Source: Candidatus Babelota bacterium (GTDB taxonomy: Bacteria > Babelota > Babeliae > Babelales > Vermiphilaceae). From it: a stretch of DNA of 32,000 nt. Shown here one piece after another: positions 1-8,412 of this stretch. Numbering within the stretch: position 1 is the stretch's first letter; each line of letters begins with the position of its first letter. The DNA is taken from contig JBDHVY010000001.1 of assembly GCA_039809905.1 (NCBI GenBank), positions 180,001 through 212,000 of the forward strand, read 5' to 3'. A program made the position numbers and the translations under genes. The notes under the pieces were generated by a model. That model worked only from the letters and a program-made list of their open reading frames with translations, was not told where the DNA came from and did not search any database.

Positions 1-2
1 AT

Positions 3-1154
3 ATTGATATTACACAAAAAATTATTGCCGCAGACAGAAAAAAAATCTTAATAAATAAACAAACAACGATCAGACAAGAAACACCTCTGCATTTATCTGT
101 TTTTAACAAAGACATGGAAACAACAAAGATTCTAGTCGAAAGTGGTGCAAATGTTGATTGTCGATTGAAAAATGGTACAACACCACTTTTTTATGCCGTT
201 AAAAATAATCTATATCAGATTGCAGAGTATCTGCTTAAAAATAGAGCTAATCCGAACATATCCTTTGAAGCTGGTATCTCGCATTTGCACATAGCCTGTT
301 TAGAAAATCTTGCCGATATGGCAAAACTGCTGATCGCTCATAAAGCAAATCCCAATACACAAACAAAAAATGGAATATCTCCGCTTTTTGGAGCACTGAT
401 TAAGAAGGATATTCCTATCTTCAAAATACTTTTAGATGCTGGTGCGAATGTGAATGTAGCAAGTGCAAAAGGCATTACTCTTCTGAATCATGCTGAAGAA
501 ATGAATCACCCAGAAATCATAAAGCTTCTAGAAGAAAAAGGACTACGTCTAATCTCTCAAAAAGAAGCTGCAATAAAAAGTAATTCTTTTTTTGAAACAC
601 TTAACCAAGAGACTCCTTGCTCAGAAAACAAGGAAGAAATACAGCACGCTCTTCTAGAAACTAAAGATGCTTCCTCAAAGCCTGAAATCGTTGTGCCACA
701 TACTTCTGATAATCAAATAATAGATAATGATAATAAAGAAAATACACCTATTATTATCAACGTTCCAGCAAAAGTTGCTACTATACAACGCGTTGAAAAA
801 AAGCCTACTAAATCTCAAGCGCAACCTTCGAACAGCAAACAAAAAGCAACAAAAATAGCACAGAAACCAAGCGAATCACCTAAGCGCATCAAATATACCG
901 TATTACAATCTAAAAACTTTAATTGGCCTCGATCTCTTTCTTCCCAACAAGAACAAAATTTCATGAACCGCTTAAAAGATTTACAGGATATAACTTCACC
1001 AGATTTAAGCTCTGACATTAAACCTCTTAAAGGAGAATTGGCAGGCAAATTCAGAATGCGCGTTGGTGGCCATCGTGTTCTTTTTTCTGTTGATCACCAA
1101 AAACAGGAAGTTATTATTCACGGCATTCAACTGAGAAAAAACGTCTATAAATAA
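3..1154 (+). CDS. Ankyrin-repeat protein with C-terminal RelE/ParE-like toxin domain (5' partial, runs off left edge)
   Basis: The frame of the listed ORF (114) is open upstream to base 3 and encodes more ankyrin sequence (RQETPLHLSVFNKDMETTKILVESGANV). Several ANK repeats follow (GTTPLFYAVKNN, GISHLHIACLENLADMAKLLIAHKANPN, GISPLFGALIKKDIPIFKILLDAGANV). After a Lys/Ser/Pro-rich linker, the C terminus reads LKGELAGKFRMRVGGHRVLFSVDHQKQEVIIHGIQLRKNVYK, a RelE/ParE-like signature. Confidence 0.85.
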   Translation: MDITQKIIAADRKKILINKQTTIRQETPLHLSVFNKDMETTKILVESGANVDCRLKNGTTPLFYAVKNNLYQIAEYLLKNRANPNISFEAGISHLHIACLENLADMAKLLIAHKANPNTQTKNGISPLFGALIKKDIPIFKILLDAGANVNVASAKGITLLNHAEEMNHPEIIKLLEEKGLRLISQKEAAIKSNSFFETLNQETPCSENKEEIQHALLETKDASSKPEIVVPHTSDNQIIDNDNKENTPIIINVPAKVATIQRVEKKPTKSQAQPSNSKQKATKIAQKPSESPKRIKYTVLQSKNFNWPRSLSSQQEQNFMNRLKDLQDITSPDLSSDIKPLKGELAGKFRMRVGGHRVLFSVDHQKQEVIIHGIQLRKNVYK

Positions 1155-1293
1155 ATATTGATCTATATTTTTTGATTCATTAGGTCTCCTTCGAAGCTAA
1201 ACAAATTGATTGTATTCTGCGCGCTCATTCTGAACTTGTTGAAGAATCAAAGCGCGCTATTATTCTTTTCACCCAATTTCCACTTCGTTTCTA

Positions 1294-1330
1294 TTGGGTA
1301 CCCGCCTAAAGACACTGAAGGTGGGTTTAA
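1294..1330 (-). repeat. Hairpin element copy A (sense: TTAAACCCACCTTCAGTGTCTTTAGGCGGGTACCCAA)
   Basis: ACCCACC/GGCGGGT arms followed by ACCC. Most divergent of five related copies. Lies 61 nt downstream of the minus-strand CDS 1391-2197. Confidence 0.5.
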
Positions 1331-1390
1331 GCTAATGAGCGCGTAGGAAATTTAAGCTAAAATAGTATAGAAAGAAGTCTGATTCAATTA

Positions 1391-2197
1391 CTATTTTGAC
1401 TTTGAATATAAAGCTGGTGCAGCTTTATCACATAATTCTTTATAATATTCATAGAGATCTGTGGGCTGAGGATTGCCATTCTCACGGGCATGTACTATGC
1501 ATAACCATATAGAATCATAATCATGAGGTTTTTTATGTACATATGCAAAAATAGTATCAACAGCAATTTTTACTACATCTTTCCAAGGAATGCCACTTCT
1601 GAGACCAAGAGGTAAAAAAGCTATTTTACGAGACGATCTGTTATCTCGCGCAAAAGAATTTAATGCGTTTTGATAACACCAAGCAAGATCTTTTTTGGCT
1701 TCTTCTAATGCTTGAACACCACGAAAATCAACGCTAGTTGAAAAGATTTTTTCTGCTCTCAATTTCGCTCGTACTGTTTCATATACATAATTATTGGTAT
1801 ATTTTTTTGCTTCTCCATCCCAACATTCTTCTTGCGCTAAACGTGGCTCTGCTACAAGAATAACTCTGCTAAGCATCATGGTGTGACGAACACTATTACT
1901 ATTTCTGTTTTTCCCATAAGAATAATCAAATGGTTCATAATTAATCTGTTTTGGTAAGCAAATGATATTACCTTGAGAGTAATATAACCTTCCCGCTAAT
2001 TTATCATGCAAAGGAAATCCCTGTTGCCACAATTGTTGATTTCTGCCCGCAACTATTACAGGAACTTCATAATCCAAACGATCCAAAGATCTTACCTCAA
2101 TTAATTTTATTTTTGTAATAGGCATATTATCTTTATCCATACCATGAATAAAAGAACTCATCCAACACACAATAAGAATAGCCAATCTTACTTTCAT
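1391..2197 (-). CDS. Exported protein with divergent macro-domain-like C-terminal half
   Basis: Signal peptide-like N terminus (MKVRLAILIVCWMSSFIHG). The C-terminal half (ALEEAKKDLAWCYQNALNSFARDNRSSRKIAFLPLGLRSGIPWKDVVKIAVDTIFAYV...IWLCIVHA...LYEYYKEL) resembles the latter half of macro domains. Confidence 0.6.
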   Translation of the reverse strand: MKVRLAILIVCWMSSFIHGMDKDNMPITKIKLIEVRSLDRLDYEVPVIVAGRNQQLWQQGFPLHDKLAGRLYYSQGNIICLPKQINYEPFDYSYGKNRNSNSVRHTMMLSRVILVAEPRLAQEECWDGEAKKYTNNYVYETVRAKLRAEKIFSTSVDFRGVQALEEAKKDLAWCYQNALNSFARDNRSSRKIAFLPLGLRSGIPWKDVVKIAVDTIFAYVHKKPHDYDSIWLCIVHARENGNPQPTDLYEYYKELCDKAAPALYSKSK

Positions 2198-2286
2198 TAT
2201 TTTCCCGAATAATTTTCGAACTTAACATAAAAACATGCTATTATAATAAAGAAATTTATATAAAAAAATATTTTTTTAGGACTTTT

Positions 2287-2877
2287 ATGTTAGGCGTTCT
2301 TTACATTGCTATAGGTATTGTTTCCATTTTAACAGCAATACTGGCTTATTTTATTGGCGCTATTCCAACTGGATACCTTATTGCAAAATGTAAAGGGATC
2401 ACCGATATTCGCAACCATGGTTCGGGTAATATTGGTGCCACTAATGTTTCTCGAATATTGGGCAAACATTATTTTTTTCTCATTTTTTTTCTTGATGCAG
2501 GTAAAGCTTATCTCTTTATTCATCTATTAAAAAATTGCTTCAACCCTATCTGTCTCTACATTTTTGCAAGCATACTTCTTTTTGGTAATGGATACTCAAT
2601 TTTTTTACAAGGAAGTGGAGGCAAAGGCGTTGCAACACTTTGCGGTTTATTATTAGCGCTTAATGCAAAAATTGCTCTTATTATGTTGGCACTATGGTCT
2701 TTATTATTACTTATCTTACAAACCGTGGGCATTGCATCAGTTATCGCCGCAACAACTTTACCTTTTTATGTTTACACAACAGATGATATGCCATTTTTTT
2801 TATTCTCTCTTTTTGCTACATTGTGGATTATATATACACACCGATCAAATATCACCGCTTATTGGAATAGAAGGTGA
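2287..2877 (+). CDS. plsY: Glycerol-3-phosphate acyltransferase PlsY
   Basis: Hydrophobic protein with PlsY motifs GAIPTGYLIAK, DIRNHGSGNIGATNVSR and GSGGKGVAT. Confidence 0.93.
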   Translation: MLGVLYIAIGIVSILTAILAYFIGAIPTGYLIAKCKGITDIRNHGSGNIGATNVSRILGKHYFFLIFFLDAGKAYLFIHLLKNCFNPICLYIFASILLFGNGYSIFLQGSGGKGVATLCGLLLALNAKIALIMLALWSLLLLILQTVGIASVIAATTLPFYVYTTDDMPFFLFSLFATLWIIYTHRSNITAYWNRR

Positions 2878-2975
2878 AAAAAGCACCTACTGAATGGTTT
2901 AGCGGCATAATATTAATCATCATAATAGTTATATTTTATATAAAAAATGATTCATCTATACAAAACAGGAATTGT

Positions 2976-4715
2976 ATGAAATTTATTGAAGTTGCACACA
3001 GTTTTGATGAAATTGAACCAATTGCTGCTCGATTAGAAATAACGCGGCTTTTAGCTCAATTATTTAAAAAAGCATCTCCACAAGAAGCAGAAATCATTGC
3101 GTCTCTTTCATTGGGAGAATTACGGCCGCCTCATCGGGGAACACAATTCAATATTGCTGAAAAAAATCTTATTAAATCTGTCGCAGAGTTTTTGAATATT
3201 GGCCAAGAAACGGTTAAACAAAAAATGAAATTGCTCGGTGATATTGGATTAGTTTTAGCTTCATATGAATGGCAACCAACACAAGAACTTTCTGTTGAGC
3301 ATGTCTATGATGATTTATGTCTTATAGAAAAAACAAGTGGAACTGGTTCTCAGGAGGAAAAAATTAATCTCCTTACTAAGCTATTTGCAAAACTTGATCC
3401 ACTATCAGCTAAATATGCTGCACGCATGGTTATTGGCAAATTACGTCTGGGATTTTCTGATATGACCATTATTGATGCGCTTTCATGGATGGAAGTTGGT
3501 GATAAATCTCTGCGAACAGATCTTGAAAATGCTTACAATATTTGTGCAGATATTGGTCTTATTGCCCGCACTCTTAAAGAAGGTGGTATTGAAGCAATAC
3601 AGCACATGCACATTAAACTCGGCACACCTATTTTACCCGCGGCAGCCGAGCGTATGCCAACGGCAAAAGCTTTATTTGAAAAACTTGGACCCTGCTTTGC
3701 AGAGCCCAAATTAGATGGTTTTCGATTACAAATACATCTTGATAAAACAAAAGATACACCAGAAGTACATTTTTTTTCACGCAATCTTCAAGATATGTCA
3801 GCAATGTTTCCTGATTTGTCTCGTGAAATTATCAAACTACCAGTAAAAACATTAATTTGCGAAGGTGAAGCAATTGGCTTTGATCTTAATACCGGTGGAT
3901 TTTTGCCATTTCAAGAAACAGTAAAACGTAAACGTAAACATGGCATTGAAGAAACTGCATCAGAATATCCTTTACAGTTATTTTTATTTGATCTGCTCTA
4001 TCTTGATGATCAAAGCTGTCTTGATATGCCCTATAGTAAACGGCATAAAGAATTAGAAAAAATATTAGATACAATAAAAACAAATCATCTTTTTGTCAGC
4101 GAACACGTGGCAATAGAAAGCGCCCAACAACTAGAAAATTATTTTCTTGAGACCGTAGAAATGGGTCTTGAAGGTCTTGTCGTAAAACGACCTGATGCAA
4201 TTTATCAACCAGGAAAACGTAATTTTAATTGGATCAAATTAAAACGCCAAGAAGAAGGTCATCTGGAAGATACGCTCGATTGTGTTATTTTGGGATATTA
4301 TGCAGGCAAAGGCAAACGAGCTCATTTTGGTATTGGTGCATTCTTAGTTGGCGTTTATAATAAAGAATTAGATATGTTTCAAACAGTAGCAAAAATTGGT
4401 ACTGGCATGACTGATAACGAATGGCGAACTTTAAAAACAAAATGTGATGCTCTGCAAGCAATTGATAAACCTAAAAACATACAATGCGCCAAAGAATTAA
4501 CACCCGATGTATGGGTAAATCCAGAATTAATTTGTCGTGTACGAGCTGATGAAATTACCTTATCACCACTGCATAGTGCAGGCAAAACAGAAACAGAATT
4601 AGGGTATGCATTACGCTTTCCACGCTTTATGGATTATCGCGTGGATAAATCATCTGAAGAAGCTACAACGGATAAAGAAGTAAGGCGACTTTATGATGAT
4701 CAATTTGTAAAATAA
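2976..4715 (+). CDS. lig: ATP-dependent DNA ligase, archaeal/eukaryal type
   Basis: N-terminal ligase domain (LSAKYAARMVIGKLRLGFSD), nucleotidyltransferase motif I EPKLDGFRLQIH, CEGEAIGFD, EGLVVKRPD, NWIKLKR and an OB-fold. The listed ORF opens at 2874, but ATG 2976 (MKFIEVAHSFDEIE) is preceded by ACAGGA and fits the family. Confidence 0.93.
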   Translation: MKFIEVAHSFDEIEPIAARLEITRLLAQLFKKASPQEAEIIASLSLGELRPPHRGTQFNIAEKNLIKSVAEFLNIGQETVKQKMKLLGDIGLVLASYEWQPTQELSVEHVYDDLCLIEKTSGTGSQEEKINLLTKLFAKLDPLSAKYAARMVIGKLRLGFSDMTIIDALSWMEVGDKSLRTDLENAYNICADIGLIARTLKEGGIEAIQHMHIKLGTPILPAAAERMPTAKALFEKLGPCFAEPKLDGFRLQIHLDKTKDTPEVHFFSRNLQDMSAMFPDLSREIIKLPVKTLICEGEAIGFDLNTGGFLPFQETVKRKRKHGIEETASEYPLQLFLFDLLYLDDQSCLDMPYSKRHKELEKILDTIKTNHLFVSEHVAIESAQQLENYFLETVEMGLEGLVVKRPDAIYQPGKRNFNWIKLKRQEEGHLEDTLDCVILGYYAGKGKRAHFGIGAFLVGVYNKELDMFQTVAKIGTGMTDNEWRTLKTKCDALQAIDKPKNIQCAKELTPDVWVNPELICRVRADEITLSPLHSAGKTETELGYALRFPRFMDYRVDKSSEEATTDKEVRRLYDDQFVK

Positions 4716-4740
4716 AAGTCCATATATTTTTCAGAACAAA

Positions 4741-4777
4741 AAAAAAGCCATCGTTTTTGCGATGGCTTTCTTTTTTG
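4741..4777. terminator. Bidirectional intrinsic terminator
   Basis: A-rich-GCCATCG-TTTTTG-CGATGGC-T-rich, between convergent ligase and M48 genes. Confidence 0.9.
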
Positions 4778-4792
4778 CTTTTTATATATTAA

Positions 4793-5803
4793 TTAGGATT
4801 TTTGCTCTGCCATATACTTTTTAACAGCATCAATACGCGACTGATGACTTGGATGCGCACCAACAAATGTTTCGTGATACACTTTTGTATAGAACTTTTT
4901 AAATGAATGTCCAGCATATGCAAGATAATAACGCATTATAAGATCGTAATAATCGCTTGAAGAAATATTATCTTTATTTTCTTGAAGCAATGCATAAACT
5001 GATACAAATTCTTCTTCTCGTAATTGTTCCTTTTTAAGAATCAATTCAAAAAATTCTATAATACCCGCACCTTTGCCATTTACTTTATACGCAAATTCAT
5101 CAGCTTGCTTTTCAAATCGTTTATTAATAATTAATGAAGGCAAATATGATAAAATAACTTTAAGAGCATAAAATTTTCCCAAGTCATTAACAGTTATTCC
5201 TTTTTTTGTCTCAGCTACATTTATCTCTAATAAACCCAACTTATAAGATAGCGTCAAAAAAAGTATATGATTGAGTACTGATAAAGCCAATATCTTATTA
5301 ACATGATTATGTTTGATATGACCGATCTCATGAGCAACAATTGCCTCAAGCGCTTCATCAGATGATTCTTTCATCAGCTTTTGTCCAATAACAATCCCTC
5401 CACTACTCATGAGCAATTTCTGAGCTGCCGCATTAAAAAAGCCTTTTCTGCGTGTTATAAATATAGTTGGGGTTTCAATATGCGCCTTTTTACAAATACC
5501 ATCCACATAAGAATACAACAATGGCATTGTCTCTGGCGTAACAACTACAACATCCAAAGCCAAAAATGCAGCTCTTACCATTCGTTGAAAATAAGTCAGA
5601 TTTTTAAATGTAATAATATCGGACTGAATTGTACTTAAACCATAATGAGCATCTTCATCAAATATTTCTTTTGTTTGAGGTGATTTTTTGAATGTCTTTA
5701 GCTCTTGATAATAGACTCCATGATTATTCGTTGTTTCAGCTGCTATAAAGGGCACCTGAAACAACACAACCATACCAGATAAAAGAATTTGAAAAAATTT
5801 CAT
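4793..5803 (-). CDS. M48-family zinc metalloprotease, exported or membrane-associated
   Basis: HExxH motif in AIVAHEIGHIKHNH and a signal peptide-like start MKFFQILLSGMVVLFQVPFIAAE. Start moved from 5968 to 5803 because of AAAGGA upstream and to avoid overlap with the next gene. Confidence 0.88.
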   Translation of the reverse strand: MKFFQILLSGMVVLFQVPFIAAETTNNHGVYYQELKTFKKSPQTKEIFDEDAHYGLSTIQSDIITFKNLTYFQRMVRAAFLALDVVVVTPETMPLLYSYVDGICKKAHIETPTIFITRRKGFFNAAAQKLLMSSGGIVIGQKLMKESSDEALEAIVAHEIGHIKHNHVNKILALSVLNHILFLTLSYKLGLLEINVAETKKGITVNDLGKFYALKVILSYLPSLIINKRFEKQADEFAYKVNGKGAGIIEFFELILKKEQLREEEFVSVYALLQENKDNISSSDYYDLIMRYYLAYAGHSFKKFYTKVYHETFVGAHPSHQSRIDAVKKYMAEQKS

Positions 5804-5873
5804 GCAATGATTCCTTTGTTGGTTATAGATAGTTTTTAATAAGAGCATCAAAATTGTGCTGTTTGTCAATAAA

Positions 5874-6392
5874 TCATTGCTCTTTTTTTGGGACAGTCCG
5901 CTGAATAATAGCAATAGCTCGGACATAATCATGCTCAATCTGATCCTGAGCTGCTTGCGCATTAGCAAACTTAATCGTTACTCCTCCATGAAGCAATTCT
6001 TTCATTTCTGTAATAAGATCTTCATCTCCATGATTTTTTTCTAAATAATCAATAACTTCTGTATCGGTCTTACCCTGCACATCATACTCGAATCTATCAT
6101 GAAAATATCGTTTTAATAATGTTGAAACAGTTACATAAAATTCTTTACCGTGCTTGGCATCAACCTTGTGATCTTTCTTTAATGCGGTTAATTCCAGTAG
6201 CGCTTGATCCCACAAAGGCAATTTTTTTCTTTTACGATATGTAATATATTTTTTAATCAGCAATCCTACCGCACACAATAATATTAAAAGCAAACAAGCT
6301 TGTACTGCCATCTTGAACTGATGCGTCTGCCAGAATGGCACATGCCACAGACCATAATTTTCGTAAAGTCCTGTTTTTTCATTTAATTTCAC
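5874..6392 (-). CDS. Single-TM protein resembling DUF4381-type proteins of Bat/MoxR loci
   Basis: Short N-terminal region, one TM helix (MAVQACLLLILLCAVGLLI) and a helical domain (FYVTVSTLLKRYFHDRF). A DUF58 gene lies nearby. Confidence 0.55.
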   Translation of the reverse strand: MKLNEKTGLYENYGLWHVPFWQTHQFKMAVQACLLLILLCAVGLLIKKYITYRKRKKLPLWDQALLELTALKKDHKVDAKHGKEFYVTVSTLLKRYFHDRFEYDVQGKTDTEVIDYLEKNHGDEDLITEMKELLHGGVTIKFANAQAAQDQIEHDYVRAIAIIQRTVPKKEQ

Positions 6393-6422
6393 GATTGTTT
6401 TTCCTCTTATTTCAACAACATA

Positions 6423-7607
6423 TTATTTACCGTAGTCTTTTATGAATAACTTCCATAAAAAATACCATATTGACTTTCGTATATCTGCAGGAATCCCACA
6501 CTGTTCAAAAACTGGTTTCATAACAATTTTTTCAAAAGCATCTACATACTTGATATAAACAGGTAAATCTAGCATAAGACATTTTCTTCCGTTTGCAATA
6601 AACACATATGCTCCATCATGGGAAAAGGTTATTTTTTTGACCTTGTGTTGAGCATGCAAGGGTTCATGAGTAGCAGTAAAAACATGTTTTATATTTTTAT
6701 AATTTTTGACATCAACAAATTCTATCACATTATCTTTTTGTGCAGCTAAAACAAGAAATTTTTTACTCGGATGAATCGCCATTGCTGCTATAGAAAATCC
6801 ATCATTGTGTCGATATTTTTTTTCTTTAGGCTTTTTTTGATCTTTGATAGAAATGGCATGCAACATTCGATTTTCTTTATTAATAAAAAAGAATAACTCT
6901 TCTTGAGAATTATATATCCAGTTTCTAAAATCAGCATCAAAAGAAAATTCATACAAACGTTTTACAGAATATTTCTTATCTTTCGGAGTTATTTTATAAA
7001 TTTTCTTTTGCGAATCGCCTGAACATAAAAAATACGGTTGATTCGCAAAAGGATAAGTAAATAGGACACCTATATACTTTTTTAAAGTCTTATGTTCCTC
7101 AATATTTTTTTCATAATCATAAAAAATAAGCTTCTTTTTATTGGCCATAAAAAGAATAGACCCTTCTTTACTCAAAAGTCCGCTATCAATTTCATAGTCA
7201 GGGTAATAAAAAGCCTTTCCACCTGTTCCATCTCCATGATAATCGTACCTGATAAAAAAGGCATGCCTATCATCCAGATTATTACTATTTTGGTCACCGC
7301 ATAAAAAAACTTTATCACCTATTGGATGGAAACAAATGTTAGTTCTATTTCTTATTGTTGCACGCTTTCTTGAAATTGTTTCGCCATAATTGTAATCCCA
7401 TACTGTATACTCCTTACAATCCAAAATAGCTATTCTTCCATAAGTACTGGATCTTATTGCAACGGGATTTGTTGGTAAAACTATTGTTTTAACAACGGGT
7501 AACTGAACCATTTCTTTCCCTTCTGACGATGGCAATTGCATTGCAAAAGTATATGGATCATATATAAAGCAAAAAACAAAAAACAAAAGAAATAAACTTT
7601 TATTCAT
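6423..7607 (-). CDS. Exported beta-propeller (WD40-like) protein
   Basis: Signal peptide-like MNKSLFLLFFVFCFIYDPYTFA and repeated blade-like stretches (FHPIGDKVFLCGD, IHPSKKFLVLAAQKDNVIEFVDVKNYKNI, TFSHDGAYVFIANGRKCLMLDL). Confidence 0.65.
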   Translation of the reverse strand: MNKSLFLLFFVFCFIYDPYTFAMQLPSSEGKEMVQLPVVKTIVLPTNPVAIRSSTYGRIAILDCKEYTVWDYNYGETISRKRATIRNRTNICFHPIGDKVFLCGDQNSNNLDDRHAFFIRYDYHGDGTGGKAFYYPDYEIDSGLLSKEGSILFMANKKKLIFYDYEKNIEEHKTLKKYIGVLFTYPFANQPYFLCSGDSQKKIYKITPKDKKYSVKRLYEFSFDADFRNWIYNSQEELFFFINKENRMLHAISIKDQKKPKEKKYRHNDGFSIAAMAIHPSKKFLVLAAQKDNVIEFVDVKNYKNIKHVFTATHEPLHAQHKVKKITFSHDGAYVFIANGRKCLMLDLPVYIKYVDAFEKIVMKPVFEQCGIPADIRKSIWYFLWKLFIKDYGK

Positions 7608-7787
7608 AGAGATACTCCGATTGTTTTTAATGTTATTTTACAGATGTTTTATTTTTCAAAAATATAAAAATAAGAATAACGAAAAATATTCATTGAAGAT
7701 AAGATCTCAAGTGAAATATGGTTGTAAAAGCCAACTTCAATCTATATACTAAACTAAATTTTCACATTTTTTCTTGGAAGTACATCA

Positions 7788-8276
7788 ATGATATATTTTT
7801 GTCAGATTGCTTTATGTTTGTTTTTCATCACCACAAATTCTTTATTCGCAGTCCATCAGGAAAATAAAGAAATTAAATATGCGATTCTAGAAAAGAAAAA
7901 AGAAGCTCGTCTTGAGCATAAAATTAAATATCTTCGTAAAAGATTAACACATGAATACTGTAATCTAGATGAAGAAGTAACTGATGAATTTTTAAAAAAT
8001 GAATTGGAAAAAGTAGATTTTTGGTATGGACGAAGCTTCGCACACTTGGCAACGCTTATAGTAATGCAAGAAAGAATAAATACAAACGAAACTCACTTAA
8101 TCATCACAAAAAAGTCGATAAAAAACGGAATCAATGAATACTTATCAAATGAAAAAATGTTGAAATTGAATGTAAAAATAGAAACTAATGAAGAAAGACA
8201 AGAACGACATCATAAAGAAAACATGATGGCAAATATAATTGGACATGTTTTAAGCGCAATCATAAACAATTTATAG
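7788..8276 (+). CDS. Small exported hypothetical protein
   Basis: 162-aa ORF with signal peptide-like N terminus (MIYFCQIALCLFFITTNSLFA) followed by a charged helical region. Confidence 0.55.
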   Translation: MIYFCQIALCLFFITTNSLFAVHQENKEIKYAILEKKKEARLEHKIKYLRKRLTHEYCNLDEEVTDEFLKNELEKVDFWYGRSFAHLATLIVMQERINTNETHLIITKKSIKNGINEYLSNEKMLKLNVKIETNEERQERHHKENMMANIIGHVLSAIINNL

Positions 8277-8375
8277 TTTTAATAGATCGTTAAATCTTTT
8301 TTGAAAAAGCTTCAACCAAGTAGATAAGCTCTAAGAGCAATACTTTACCCTGACCACAGAAAGCAAGTTCTTTAA

Positions 8376-8412
8376 TGGGGCCCCCGTGTGAATACAATCA
8401 GAGTGGGGGTTA
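8376..8412 (-). repeat. Hairpin element copy B (sense: TAACCCCCACTCTGATTGTATTCACACGGGGGCCCCA)
   Basis: CCCCC/GGGGG arms followed by CCCC. Its first bases are the TAA stop codon of the DUF58 gene. Confidence 0.7.

Noticed and set aside
815-1048. Antisense ORF opposite the RelE-like region, potentially an antitoxin or antisense product
   Set aside because: It overlaps a well-supported coding frame in the reverse orientation, and the translation has no antitoxin-like features.
2874-2975. Apparent N-terminal membrane anchor on the DNA ligase (FSGIILIIIIVIFYI)
   Set aside because: The extension overlaps the plsY stop. ATG 2976 has a Shine-Dalgarno-like AGGA and matches the normal family start, so a membrane-anchored ligase is unlikely.
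2329-3784. Several 60-85 aa ORFs on either strand inside plsY and the ligase gene
   Set aside because: They lie wholly within strongly supported genes and have no recognisable domains; treated as shadow ORFs.
5804-5968. N-terminal 55 aa of the listed M48 ORF, overlapping the preceding gene
   Set aside because: The internal ATG at 5803 has a good ribosome-binding site and begins a signal peptide, so the extension is probably untranslated.
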